Shown here: piece by piece, positions 36,677-49,744 of the stretch
How the letters are laid out: each line of letters begins with the position of its first letter
Numbering within the stretch: position 1 is the stretch's first letter
NCBI GenBank assembly: GCA_038087875.1
Contig: CM075982.1
Coordinates: 60,822,001-60,886,000, forward strand
DNA: 64,000 nt
Source of the DNA: Malacoraja senta
Taxonomy: Eukaryota
Direction of reading: 5' to 3'
Translations under genes and position numbers: made by a program
The notes under the pieces: generated by a model
What the model was told of the DNA's origin: nothing
The model's input: only the letters and a program-made list of their open reading frames with translations
Database searches by the model: none

Positions 36677-38052
36677 TAGAGTTGTAGAGTGATACAGTGT
36701 GGAAACAGGCCCTTCGGTCCAACTCGCCCACACCGGCCAACAATGTCCCAACTACCCGAATCCCACTTGCCTGCGCTTGGTCAATAACCCTCAAAAAATT
36801 GTCCTATCTATGTACCTGTCCAACTGTTTCTTAAACGATGGGATAGTCCCAGCCTCAACTACCTCCTCTGGCAGCTTGTTCCATACACCCACCACCCTCT
36901 GTGTGAAAAAATTACCCTTTAGATTCCTATTAAATCTTTTCCCCTTCACCTTCAACCTGTCCTCTGGTCCTCGATTCCCTTACTCTGGGTAAAAGACTCT
37001 GTGCAACTACCCGATCTATTCCTCTTATGATTTTGTATACCTCTATAAGATCTCCCCTCATCCTCCTACACTTCATGGAATAGATACCCAGCCTACTTAA
37101 CCTCGCCCTATAGCTCACACCCTCTAGTCCTGGCAACATCCTAGTAAATCTTTTCTGAACCCTTTCAAGCTTGACAATATCTTTCCTATTACATGCTGCC
37201 CAGAACTGAACACAATATTCTAAATGCGGGTTAACCAACGTCTTATACAACTGCAACATGACCTCCCAACTTCTATACTCAATACTCTGACTGATCAAGG
37301 CCAAAGTGCCAAAAGTCTTTTTGACCACCTTATCTACCTGCGACTCAACCTTCAAGGCACCATACACTTGTACTCCTAGATCCCTCTGCTCTACAACACT
37401 ACCCAGAGTCCTACCATTTACTGTGTAGGTCCTGCCCTAAATGCAACACCTCACACTTCTGTGTATTAAATTCCATCAACCATTCCTTCGCCCACTTGGC
37501 CAATCGATTCAGATCCTGCTGCAATTGTTCACAACCTTCTTCACTATCTGCAAAACCACTAACTTTTGTATCATCAGCAAACTTGCTAATCTTGCCCTGT
37601 ATGTTCTCATCCAAATCATTGATGTAGATGACAAACAGTAACGGGCCCAGCACTGAATCCTGTGGTACACCACTAGTCACAGGCCTCCAATCTGAGAAGC
37701 AACCTTCCACCATCACCCTTTACTTCCTTCTGTGGAGCCAATTTGCTATCCATTCAGCTATCCTTGGATCCCGTGAGATCTAACCTTCCAGAGCAGCCTA
37801 CCATGCGGCACCTTGTCGAACGCCTTACTAAAAATGTACACAACATCTACAGCTCTGCTCTCATCAACCTTTTTGCTCACTTCTTCAAAAAAATCAATCA
37901 GATTTGTGAGACATGACCTCCCACGTACAAAACCATGCTGACTGTCCCTAATCAGCCCCTGCCCATCCAAATCCCTCGGAATACTCTCCAGTAACTTACC
38001 AACTGCAGGCCTATAGTTCCCAGCATTTTCCCTGCAGCCCTTCTTGAAAAGA
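36677..38052 (-). mobile_element. CR1 (HER1-type) LINE, 5'-truncated, RT domain to 3' tail
   Basis: QHGF..GRSCLTNL..FFE, FSKAFDKVPH, SGVPQ.SVLGPLLF.IYINDL, KFADDTK across ORFs 37758-37970, 37411-37716, 36930-37367; several frameshifts. Confidence 0.95.
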
Positions 38053-39263
38053 TATTTTATATATAACTGAAAAATAACCTAATATTAACCTTATTTTCTA
38101 TGCATTGTGCTTACCATAGTTTCCACTATAAATGACCATCTGCTTTCCCTGTGTTATTAGAGCTGCTATTAGTGATGCAATATTCGGCAGAATGTGTTAT
38201 ACCAAATAAGGCTCCAGTGCAAAGATCGACCATGACTTGTGTCCTGTCCTTCAGAAGTGCATGATTTTGAATAATTTGTCATCTAAACTTAATTCAGACA
38301 GTGATGGCAATAGAAATACTGCAGTGCCCAAAGTCAACTTAGATTAAGGTTGGATTGACCTAGTGTGAACAGCCATCCATGAATTTACATACTTTGCAAA
38401 GTGACGGGGGTAAATTTGTGCATGCAGATCAACTAAAAATCAATTGATTCATTCATTTGGCTTTAAATATGACAGTAAAAAAGTGTCATCTTCATTATTG
38501 TTTCCAATCTTCATTTCTATGTACAAGTCATTCCCAACATAGAATCAGTACAAATGGATTTTTTTTTAAATTACGTTAAAGCTCCAATGTTGGCGACTTT
38601 GGAAAAGATTTCCTGTCACAATATAAGGGATGGAGGAATGAAGTTACTAGATTTTAATATTATATATCGGTGTGGAAAAATATAAATGAGCGAAACTTTT
38701 ACGCAGCTTTACAATGCTGCCTGGCTTGGTAAACATTTTAATAAGAGCAGAACTTCTTTAAGGAATGAAAGATTCAAAAAGTGATTTACACCATCCTTCT
38801 CTGACCTTTAGCTGTACTCTGTGATGCTGCAGTGAATTATTCTTATCAGCGGATGAATCATACAGTGCATAATCTGTGTTGCTATATAGGATATACGCAC
38901 CAAAATTGGATTAACTGACAGAATAGAAAAAAAATTATGTGGGGTTTAATTTTTCTGGTCATTCGCGAAAGAACCCCACCATATCCACGTTTATGAATGT
39001 AGCCAGTATAAGAAGTGGCAAGGTATTGAATTTATCTCCTTTTCGCCCCACCTCTCCTCTGGTCTACCTTTGGAAATCTTCAAGTCAGGGTTGATGCTTA
39101 TAGTTCCATGCAAGGTCATTCTTAATTCATTCAGGTTGTGTGACTACTGCCAAATAGATTGTGTGTTGTACCTATGCAAAAAAGTGCAAGATGCGATGCC
39201 CTCAGCGAACACAAAGATTGAAATTTCCCAGTGCTATTTGTAATAAAAATAAAGTAATTGAGT

Positions 39264-39747
39264 AAGATAGACACAAAAAGCTGGAGTAACTCAGCAGGAC
39301 AGACAGCATCTCTGGAGAGAAGGAATGGGTGACGTTTCGGATCAAGACCCTTCTTCAGGCTGGTTAGGGATAAGGGAATGAAAGCTATAGATGACGATGT
39401 AGAGAGATAAAGAACAATGAATACAAGATATGCATAAAAGTAACGATGATAAAGGAAACAGGCCATTGTTAGCTATTGGGTGAAAACGAGAAGCAAGTGT
39501 GACTTGGGTGGGCGAGGGATAGAGGGAGGGGCAATGCCAGGGCTACCTGAAGTGAGGGAAATCAATATTCATACCACTGGGCTGTAAGCTGCCCAAGTGA
39601 AATATGAGATGCTGTTCCTCCAATTTGCATTTAGCCTCACTCTGACAATGGAGGAGACCGAGGACAGAAAGGTCTGTGTGGAAATGGGAAGGAGAATTAA
39701 AGTGTTTAGCAACCGGGAGATCAGGTAGGTTCAGGCGGGCTGAGCGA
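39264..39747 (-). mobile_element. Penelope-like element 3' fragment: GIY-YIG endonuclease C-terminus, 3' UTR and terminal repeat
   Basis: LPVAKHFNSPSH.HTDLSVLGLLHC.SE...KLEEQHLIF.LGSLQP.GMNIDF in ORF 39543-39821, followed on the same strand by the family terminal repeat. Confidence 0.9.
39331..39358 (-). ncRNA. Minimal type-I hammerhead-ribozyme-like motif (activity unproven)
   Basis: CUGAAGA-A-[GGGUC-UU-GAUCC]-GAAACGUC: core nucleotides, stem II, palindromic ACGU stem III, GUC triplet; stem I weak. Confidence 0.6.
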
Positions 39748-39894
39748 CATAGAATAATATACAATAGAGTAGGATACACTGGGACAATAGAGTAACATAG
39801 AAATACAAGGAAATGGGCCATTTGGTGTGCTAAATCTGCACCAAATACTAAGCATACTTATATTAATCCCACACTAATCCCATTTTTTATATTC

Positions 39895-40290
39895 ATTACA
39901 TTCCCAAACCCGCCCTTTCCCCCCACCAGGTTCCACGACCGACCAACACACTAGAGCCAATTATTTATTATTTATTAAACTTTATTTCGGACTCAAGGTC
40001 CAGACAAGGGACGACATTACATAAAATACATTGCATATAAAAACACCATAAAATACATATAATAGCTTATTATATTACTTATAAAAGCATCATAAATTAT
40101 ATACAAAAAACCCACATAATCCATGATTTACTGTTAAACTGTTCTTTATGGAATGTGAGAGGAAACTAGAGTAACCAGCAGAAATCTACATGTTCATTGG
40201 GAGAATGTATAAACTTCCCACAGACAGCATCGGGGATTTGAACTGGGTTCCTGGAGCAATGAGGAAGAAGCTCTACTTTCTGCGTTATTA
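39895..40290 (-). mobile_element. Old V-SINE interrupted by an unrelated LINE 3' end (~39961-40127)
   Basis: SINE body GGAATGTGAGAGGAAACTAGAG..CCACAGACAGCA; insert ends (- strand) TGAGTCCGAAATAAAG(TTTAATAAATAA)n-like. Confidence 0.6.
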
Positions 40291-41547
40291 TGTTGTCCAT
40301 TGTGCCATTTTGTGTTCACCATTTTAAACTAGTGAGCAATTTCACTGAAACTGCCTGCAGAGGAATTCGACACAGATACATTAGCCACAGCATTAAAACG
40401 CGCACACAGAGAAAGGTCAGTCATCTTCAATTTGTTAAGAGTAGACTTGCACTCATACCTTCAATAGCATTTAGGATGAAAGAACCAGAGAGAGGAAAAT
40501 CCATTCAAAGCAGGAAAGGAATTCAGAGAAGAGTTTGGTATTTCAATTATATTAATAAAGGATTGGTACAGCTGAGTTGTTCAAGTGATCTCCACACTAA
40601 GAAAAACATATTTATTCACATTGAATCATATAGTGTATTATTGTCAAATATGTATTCTTCTGAGAATATTTCTAACTTTTATTTGTTGAAAAGAGTGTTT
40701 ATGCAAATCCAAAATAGACTGGAGTGAGTGAGTTCAATGACTGATGTAAGCATACACAATATCGACATAATGATTAACAGAATTATTTTAACATTATGGT
40801 GTGTTTTTATAACAGAATCTAGGTTATTCATTAGATTTTATATACCACATATAGGAAAGTAGATAGTTGGCAGTGAATTACTGACCATAATTCAATCAGG
40901 CAGTTCTGATGATGTTCTAAACCTCGGAAGTAAAGCTTGAACGTCAGCAGAACCCTGTGATTAACCTATCGCCTTAAGCTCACTGCCAGCAATTTGTCAT
41001 TGTGTATAATATACTTTATTCCATTTTTTAAAAATTAGTTTGACTTCAATTATTTTTACCTTGTATAGCACAGTTGACTTGGGATAATGCAGCTAAAGAA
41101 TAATAAAGCCAAAAGGTGGTGTTGGGCCTACAGGCTATACAGCATTATTTGATAGGTGTTACGGTATCCAATGAATAAGTTGTTGTATTAAAATGCCCCC
41201 CCCTACTTCAACAACCCTACTCTTCTGTCTTACCCTACCATCTGCACCAGCCTCGCTAGCAGTTTCCTCATAAACCATTCAGTGTATGTTCCTTTGCCTT
41301 CATTGCTATTCTAGTACAAAATTATAACATGCACTCAGGCAGCAAAGTAATAATAATATTGACCCCTTAATTGCAATCCAATTTTGGTTGGGATTTTATG
41401 TTTGATAATCACACAGATGCTTTTTATCAAATTCTTGTGTGTTAATTGCTCACCTCTTGATCTCACCATCACAACTTTACTGTAGATACATAAATCTATG
41501 AGATAGCTTCAGTTGGATTAGAGTTTTAAAGTAGATTATAGCCTATT

Positions 41548-41852
41548 TTTAGTTTAGCTTAGTCTAGAGATGCAGCGTGGAAACAGGCCCACCGGACCAA
41601 CGAGTCCGCACCGACCACGATCCCCTCACACTAACACTGTCCTACATAAACTAGGGGAAATTTACAGTTTTACCAAGCCAATTAGCCTACAAACCTATAC
41701 GTCTTTGGAGTGTGGGAGGAAACCAGAGCTCCCGGAGAAAAACCACACAGGTAACGCGGAGAAGATATAAACTCTTTACAGACAGCACCCATAGGCAGGA
41801 TCGAATCCGGGTCTCTGGAGCCGTAACTCTGCCAATGTGCCACCGTGTGACC
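41548..41852 (-). mobile_element. HE1-type V-SINE
   Basis: Tail, body and head recognisable. Confidence 0.88.
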
Positions 41853-42745
41853 TTTGGTTTTTCTTTGGTATCATGTGTATATTTCTCAGAATTAAATTCT
41901 AATTTCACCGCAAATTAATTAAGCCCCTCGCAGACTGTAGAGAATATCTATTCTGCAGGAGAGGAGCAGCTGTATGCTCATGCTAGTTTAAGATCGGTAG
42001 TATGCTTTCACAAATGGCTCTGAAATCACATGCCTTTATCCAGGGGCTATGAAGTCAGGATTATCAGTTTAAAGGCAGAAAGTGTAGGAAATCATTCATG
42101 AGAACAGTGATTGAAGTGTGAACTCTAAGCCTTGTTTACATTAGTGGATTTAAAGTCTGTGTGTCATCAAGAATTTCTGCCTTGGAAGTCAAAAACTCGT
42201 TACCCCTGAACATAAAGGCATTATTGCTGAGACAGCAGACAGACGAGTAATATCAAAGATGATGCTTGACAGATTGAATCTACCATGATGCTTATGTTAA
42301 AAGGGGAACTCAACCCTATTTTAAAATGAAAAATGTTAATAATTTACTTACAAGCTAAATCTCCTTTTCGACCTTGTGAGTTGGGTGCAACTTTAGCATA
42401 AAGAACTGCAGCTTATAACATCACATTTAGTCTCCATGTCAATGATGACACTGCATCATTTCTGCTATATGTTCTGTGACAGAATTTCTCAGATGGACAC
42501 ATTGGAAAAGTCGGTACTACGGTGAAGCATTAAAAAGTAGGCTGGGTTGTTGTGTTGGTGTATGTGAATTGTGAATTGTGTTTGAATTTGATCATCGGAA
42601 TCTGCTTATCCATTAATTTCTGTCTACTATTATTTCCTTTCAAAGTTTCAAGTAATTGTTTCTTGTTCTTGAGCTCGCCCAGTGTATAATTGTGCTGATT
42701 GTATCCCAATACTGTTGAAGAAACTCAGAAATTCATTTTCCTGGG

Positions 42746-42979
42746 CATACTTAAAAAATACTGAAAAATTGATCACCATATCATTAACTGAAATAGGAAG
42801 TAAAGTAGAAATATTTGTAACAGTCTAGAAATTCATCTTCCCTCCCATCCTCCGGCATCACATACTTAAAAATATTTACTGAGAAATTGATCACCATATC
42901 GTTAACTAAGACAGGAGGTAAAATGGAAAATTTTGTAACAGTCTAGAAATTTGCATTCTCTCCCATTCTCCACCATCAC
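42746..42979 (+). repeat. 115-bp diverged tandem duplication
   Basis: Units start CATACTTAAAAA at 42746 and 42861; shared AAATTGATCACCATATC and TTTGTAACAGTCTAGAAATT. Confidence 0.85.
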
Positions 42980-45279
42980 CAAGGTGCAAACTGAAGTGGA
43001 AAGGTACCAACAAGATGTCTTCAAGTGAAGATGAATCCACTAATATATAATTATCTAAAATTATGTGGTCATGTACAACATGGAAACAGGCCACTTGTGT
43101 CATAGTTTTGCTGCACATTATCTTACAATAGCAACACATCTTTCTAATCTTTTCATCATCTCAAGCTTATCTCAGTCCCCCTTCAATGCTATGCAACTCA
43201 ACCTCTCTGACTGGTACAAGATCTTCATTCTTGCCATGTCAGGAGCCTAATGCTAATCCTTGCTATACCATGGGAACACAACGTCACCTCTATTTCAACC
43301 GCAACATTTGAAGACCTAATAAAATTGTTCATCATCTATAATGCTGATGTCTAGGATTTTGCTTACAAAGAGGGTGACGTTTTACGTTATGGAATAACAT
43401 TGCCTCTATTGCCACATTAGCCTCACCGCCAGTATGACTCAGCTGTGCCATTGTCCTTTGGCTTAATAAGCACCAGCCTAAAATGAAAGGGTTGTCCTAT
43501 TTATGACCAAGGCTACTGAGACACTTTTACTACTGAGCATCCTTACAGAGATGATCAGCTTGGAGACCTGCAACAGAATTATGCAGAGTTGGTCCAGATT
43601 TGATACATGTAGGTGTCACACGTTGCAGAAAGAAGTTTAGTCCTGCAATCTTCCTTTCTTTTTGGATACCGGCTCCAGTGACATTTCATCTAGAATTCAA
43701 AGAGCACTGCCTTAATGAAATGCATAATTAACATATTATAATTGTGCTGTACAGTATGATGATTTTGACAGAACTCACTTTCCATGGCTAATTCTATGCT
43801 AATTTAATCTGTTCCTCACTTGCCAACATGACCTTTCCTGATTGAGTTTCACAGAGGAATTTTTTTTTTGATGGATTGATTTATCAGCATTGCAGAGACA
43901 ACACTTCAGAGGGACTGTTGGACTGGAAAGAAGGAAAGAGCAGAAATTGTCACAAAGCTGTGTTGCAAATTGCACTTGCAGCTTTCCAATGCTGTCCTGT
44001 GGAAAAGACAGGTGATTTAATTACCAGTCAGAAGCAAGTTCATGAAAAAAGCATTAAAATGTGTCATAAAAAGTATCACGTTGATAGATTTTAATAGTGC
44101 CAGATATTATTATGCGTCTTCACAGGGACAACTTAAGGCTAACAGTGATTGACTAGGCAGTGTCATTTGAACATATGGAAATGAAGACTGGTGCAATACC
44201 ACAATTCGGCAATACAGTAGATGCCAGATCGCCAGACTTCTCGCGAAAGATGCACAGTTCAATCACAATGAATATATAACTAATTTGCCACGGTCTTTTA
44301 TGCATGGATCATCTCTTTCTGTCTTTTCCTGTTTTTTCTTCCTGTATTTTAGCATGGGAGTGTATAATAGCAAACTACTGAAACTTTAAAGCTCCAATAA
44401 TTGTAGCAACAACAAAAGAGAAACACAGAGAAAGCTTCTGGCTATGAACATCGGCAGTCAATATACCAGATGGGAAAAAAGTTACAAAACTATAATTGTA
44501 CAGAGAGTATTCTACTCAGTCAATAATTGTATTAATCAATGTCTATTCAAAAATAACATATTTCCTAAAGTTTGGGTAGTATTAATAAAACTTCAAGGCA
44601 CCACCATGTAAGACCTAACTCCCAAATGAAGGTCAGTCTAATCAGTGACCCAGGATAACCTGAAGTCATTGGCATCAATTGGAAAACTCTGAATAGCTGA
44701 AATTGTTCTTGATATAAGCAAGTCACTAGGGATTATTATACACAAGTTGTTTCTCAATGATGGTTCTGTCATCTCCTGAGTTATGGGATCAATTTCTCTC
44801 AATAAAAAAAGTCATCACAATACTGAGGCTGATAATCTTTTTCAGTACCGAAGGAATGTGGCACTGTCATTGAATTCATCTGTGATGTTAAACTAAGGCC
44901 CAGTCTTCACTGTCAAGTAATAGTACTGTTTGAAGAAGAACAGCTATTGCTGGTGCTTGGTCTATTATTTGTTAATTAATCCACATCAAACTAGATTGGG
45001 GTTTATAGGTGCGTTTGCTGCACAAATTGATTGCTGTGTTTCTTATATTACATCAGGAACTATGGTTCAAAAGTGCTTCAGTAACTACAGTGGTTTGAGG
45101 ATCGTGAAAGGCACTATATACATGCATATCATTGCAACGATGTTGTTCAGGGATGTATCTTCAACTCCATTACCTGTTGCTTTCCCTCCATTAAACATCA
45201 GGATTGGCCTATATCCAGAGACGAAGCCATTGGAGCCCGAAATAGAAGGGCTTACAATTGCCGAGAAACATTTTCTTTA

Positions 45280-45572
45280 TTTAGTTTAGTTTAGTTTAGA
45301 GATACACCGTGGAAACAAGCCGTTCGGCCCACCGAGTCGGCACCGACCAGTGATCACTAGCACTATCCTAAACACTAGGGACAATTTACAATTTTACTGA
45401 AGCCAATTAACCTACAAACCTGTACATCTTTGGAGTGTGAAAGGACACCAGAGCACCCGGTGAAAACCCACACAGTCACAGGGAATACATAAAACTACGT
45501 ACCCATAGTCAGGATCGAACCGAGGTCTCTGGTGCTGTAAGGCAGCAGTTCTACCGCTGCGCCACTGTGCCA
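45280..45572 (-). mobile_element. HE1-type V-SINE
   Basis: Full length with small deletions. Confidence 0.9.
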
Positions 45573-45732
45573 TCTAATGACCAACATGAGTACCATCTAA
45601 TGACCAACTCCAATGAAAGAAAGTCTTCAATGGAGCCACTGGTGTTGAGCATGTTCTCTCACCTCATCACCCACCAATGGCCCCAATTCTGAAGCTGCCA
45701 TTGACAAGTAGCTGAAGTGGAGCCGCCCACCA

Positions 45733-46060
45733 GGGCGGTCACGGTGGCGCAGTGATAGAGTTGCTGCCTTACAGCGAATGCAGCGCCGGAGACCCAGGTT
45801 CGATCCCGACTGCGGATGCTGTCTGTATGGAGTTTGTACGTTCTCCCCGTGACCTGCGTGCGTTTTCTCCGAGATGTCCGGTTTCCTCCCACACTCCAAA
45901 GACATAGAGGTTTGTAGGTTAATTGGCTTGGTAAATGTAAAAAAAATAATTGTCCCTAATGGGTGTATGATAATGTTAATGTGCGGGGATCGCTGGTCGG
46001 CGCGGACCCGGTGGGCCGAAGGGACTGTTTCCGCGCTGTATCTCTAAACTAAACTTAACT
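45733..46060 (+). mobile_element. HE1-type V-SINE (long-head subfamily, young)
   Basis: A box TGGCGCAGTGATAG, B box GGTTCGATCCC, CpG-rich. Confidence 0.92.
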
Positions 46061-46717
46061 ATGTTTTGTTCTCTGCAGTAAGCAACTCAACTCCCTAATC
46101 TTAAAAAGCCTCACCACTGTTACAAAGCTTGACTGTAATATAATTGTTTACATGGCATTCATCTGAATGGATGAAAGAACAACACCCCAAATCTTAAAGC
46201 TATATTGGTCAGAGCCAAATATGATTTCTTCCATAACTGAATCAATTGGCCTACGTGTGAATTATCTTCAGGGTGCATAATAGCCATTCCCTGCTTTAAT
46301 TGGAGATTGTACCTACCTTACAACTCCTATCATCAAGAGGAATAGGTGTTGCAATCTCCTGTGAATACCAATAACTACAAGATCTTTTCCAAATCTCCGA
46401 CCCACAGAGTAACATATTTTCTGACATAGGGTAGAAATGGTAGAATTTCCCAAATAACAGTTAATGTGGTTGCTATCACAGATTCTGCAATGTGTTGCTC
46501 TATCAATGTTTAACCATAGCCTAGGGACAATTTTTAAAGAAGGTAATGTACAAGTAGGTGTGTAAGATGCCCAAAGAGTGGAAAATAACCAGTGGGTGAA
46601 CTCACTAATATGTGTATGCACAGCAAATAGTTAGAATGACCCTCTTCTGTACCAGAAATCCTGTTTGCTGGAGTAGCTGCAAGCTCATTTCACTGAGAAG
46701 CAAATTATGTCATTGCT

Positions 46718-46919
46718 CAGGAAGGAACTGCAGATGCTGGTTAAACAAATAGACACAAAATGCTGGAGTAACTCAGTGGGACAGGCAACATCTCTGGAGA
46801 GAAGGAATGGGTGACTTTTCGGGTCGAGACCCTCAGGGTCTCGACCCGAAGTGTCATCCATTCCTTCTCTCCAGAGATGCTGCCTGTCCCGCTGAGTTAC
46901 TCCAGCAATTGTGCCCATC
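46718..46919. mobile_element. Palindromic PLE-derived insertion
   Basis: Centre CGGGTCGAGACCCT-C-AGGGTCTCGACCCG; TSD TTATGTCATTGCT / TTATATCATTGCT (46705-46717, 46920-46932). Confidence 0.9.
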
Positions 46920-47429
46920 TTATATCATTGCTTATTGAAGTCGAAGTCATCAGCTGCTCTGGCATTTTAGTGCTGTAATACATACAAGACTCACTTATCT
47001 ACCTGAATATAGTGGACACCTTTGATGTGTCAGATACAATTCATTATGGAAATCTTCAGCAGTTCTTTATACAAGACCTTGACAGCATCTAGCAGTTTGA
47101 ATATACAAACATCCATAATGACAGTGAATGACATTCTTTGCATTATAAATAATATAAATAATGCTCACTAAAGATCATACCAATACGGCCACACTTTCAA
47201 TGGCAGAATATATTGCAGCTAACACCTGGAGCAATCAATCAGCCCTCTATTCCATATCACATGTAGGTCCATTTTGGATGTTCTGAATCAGACGCTTCTG
47301 TCAGAAAATAATTCCACTCTGAGGCCGATATCATGAGGCAAATCAAATGGAGTGCACACTGCTGAATCCCACTCTGAACCAAAGCAGTTTCCTTATCAGC
47401 TTTTTGACCTCTCACAACTTTTCACTATG

Positions 47430-47770
47430 TTTAGTTTAGTTCAGTTTAGCGGTACAGCGCAGAAACAGGCCCTTCAGCCCACCGAGTCCGCTCCGATCGC
47501 GATCCCTGTACACTAACACTATCCTGCACACACTAGGGAAAAATCACAATTTTACCAAGCCAATTAGCCTACAACACACTATCCTAACACACTAGGGACA
47601 GTCCTGTATGCTTTTGGAGTGTGGGGGGACACTGGAGCACTCAGAGAAACCCCTCGCAGGTCACGGGAAGAACGTACAAACTCCCTACAGACAGCACCCA
47701 TGGTCAGGATCGAACCCGGGTCTCTGGCGCTGTAAGGCAGCAACTCTACTGCTGTGCCACTGTGCCACCC
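47430..47770 (-). mobile_element. HE1-type V-SINE with internal duplication
   Basis: ACACTATCCT..ACAC.CTAGGGA occurs twice. Confidence 0.88.
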
Positions 47771-47884
47771 TATGGGTGAACATGAGGTCATTCTTTCAGT
47801 AACAATTAGCCACCCTTGTTGCCTTTCTGGTTATTTGTAAGTAGTTGTCTCTTTCTAAAAGAAAATGCAGCACTCAAGTTGACA

Positions 47885-48118
47885 CACAGAGAGTTGTGAG
47901 TCTGTGGAATTCTCTGCCTCGGAGGGCGGTGGAGGCCGGTTCTCTGGATACTTTCAAGAGAGAGCTAGATAGGGCTCTTAAAGATAGCGGAGTCAGGGGA
48001 TATGGGGAGAAGGCAGGAACAGGGTACTGATTGGGGATAATGAGCCATAATCACATTGACTGGCGATGATGGCACAAAGGGCCGAATGGCCTACTCCTGC
48101 ACCTATTGTCTATTGTCT
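47885..48118 (+). mobile_element. CR1 LINE 3' fragment
   Basis: TQRVVSLWNSLPRRAVEAGSLDTFKRELD; tail (CTATTGT)n. Confidence 0.9.
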
Positions 48119-49214
48119 TATCTAGAAACACTGTACATTCCAAAGCCACGTTAATAAACCTTTCACTGCTTGTGCTGGCGAAGTGGCTTGTTTGCTGCTT
48201 GAAAGTGTTAAGACATCATTATTGCAGCTGCATCATAATTGCCTTTTTTTCAAATATTCCTAATGAAATTGCATACTTAGGACAGGAGGACTTCAATTTT
48301 GTCAACAGTTCATGAATTACAATTAAATAATGGTTATTCCAGCTCTGTTTTGGATAAAGTGGGAAATGACGTTATGTATTGGAATCAGCCATATGTTTAT
48401 CTGTAAGATTTGAATTTTCTTTCTGTAATTCATTAAGAATGCATAGTTCTACACATTCATTAAGAATGCATACAGTAGTTGGACAGTGGAACTAATGTGG
48501 CAGGGAAAAGACATCCAATAATTCCGCCACGCTTTTCTTCCCTGCCATTGAGCAGATTGTTAGCTCTGTGTTTCTCTGCAGCCCGCTGCTTATGTAACTA
48601 TTGGAGTTGCAGAAGCTACGTATGCATCACTGATGGAGACAGCTGTCTGTGGTGACGTGTAGAATGTATTCTTCAGAGGTGCAGACAATAGATTTCCAAT
48701 TACAGTATTTTTGGCTGGATAAAGGGTTAATTCTGGCAAAGTACACTTACAATGTATAACATGCCCTCATTATAACTTGGTTTTGGGGACTTATTCAACA
48801 TCTATGTTCGAAACAGCATAGCAGTGGAACAAAAAAACGGTGACATGCCATATTTTGTGTGGAATTTTAACCTTTTATCATTATAATTACAGTATATGCA
48901 TCTATATTTCATAGTGAGCAGAAGTTGGAGGAGTCAATTTTCTTACTCCTATTGGCTTAATTTATAACATTGCCATGTCTGCAATACGATGGTTTCACAA
49001 ACGTCTGCTGAGACAACTTGAGTTACTAAACACAGGAATATATATTGCTACCTGATAACTGAAAATGGACTTTATATTTACTTCATAAATACCTGGTTCA
49101 TGTTCAGTCTGCTGCCATTGTTTAGGTGTGGTCAACTTGATGCTAATTCCATGCCATTTCTGTAAATATCACTAATATGTAACTCCACATTTTCCAACTG
49201 AGTTAAATGTAGAT

Positions 49215-49520
49215 TTTAGTTTATTTAGTTTAGAGATACAGCATGGAAAACAGGCCCTTCGGCCCACTGGGTCCGCGCCGACCAGCGATCCCCGCACATT
49301 AACAACTACTAGGGACAAGTTTTACATTTACCAAGCCAATTAACCTACAAACCTGTACGTCTTTGGAATGTGGGAGGAAACCGAAAATCTCGGAGAAAAC
49401 CCACGCAGGTCACGGGGAGAACGTCCAAACTCCGTCCAGACAGCACCCGTAATCGGGATCGAACCCGGGTCTCCGGCGCTGCTTTTGCTGTAAGTCAGCA
49501 ACTCTACCGCTGCGCCACCG
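49215..49520 (-). mobile_element. HE1-type V-SINE (long-head subfamily)
   Basis: Near full length, CpG-rich. Confidence 0.9.
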
Positions 49521-49744
49521 GACTATAGATCTTAGGAATCTGAAGTCAACAAATTTAGTCTGAGAACTGAATGCCTGACCCTGTAGCATGGTTTTGTGCA
49601 ATGCATAGGGCATAGATTGAGACCATCCAAACTATTGTACTTTTGCTGGGTTTTTGAAAGTTAACTAATTAGTTCAGTACTTCTACTATTCCACATGGCC
49701 CTGGATTATCTTTCTTTTCCAGGTACAGTATATACCGTATCAGT

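Noticed and set aside
40290-40727. 145-aa ORF as a gene
   Set aside because: Starts at the edge of a SINE, AT-rich, no recognisable domain.
45733-45812. tRNA genes at SINE 5' ends
   Set aside because: A/B boxes continue into SINE body and LINE-derived tail; no complete cloverleaf.
46718-46919. Palindromic inserts as DNA-transposon MITEs, miRNA genes or terminators
   Set aside because: Asymmetric arms, variable-length TSDs and linkage to a GIY-YIG remnant favour PLE origin.
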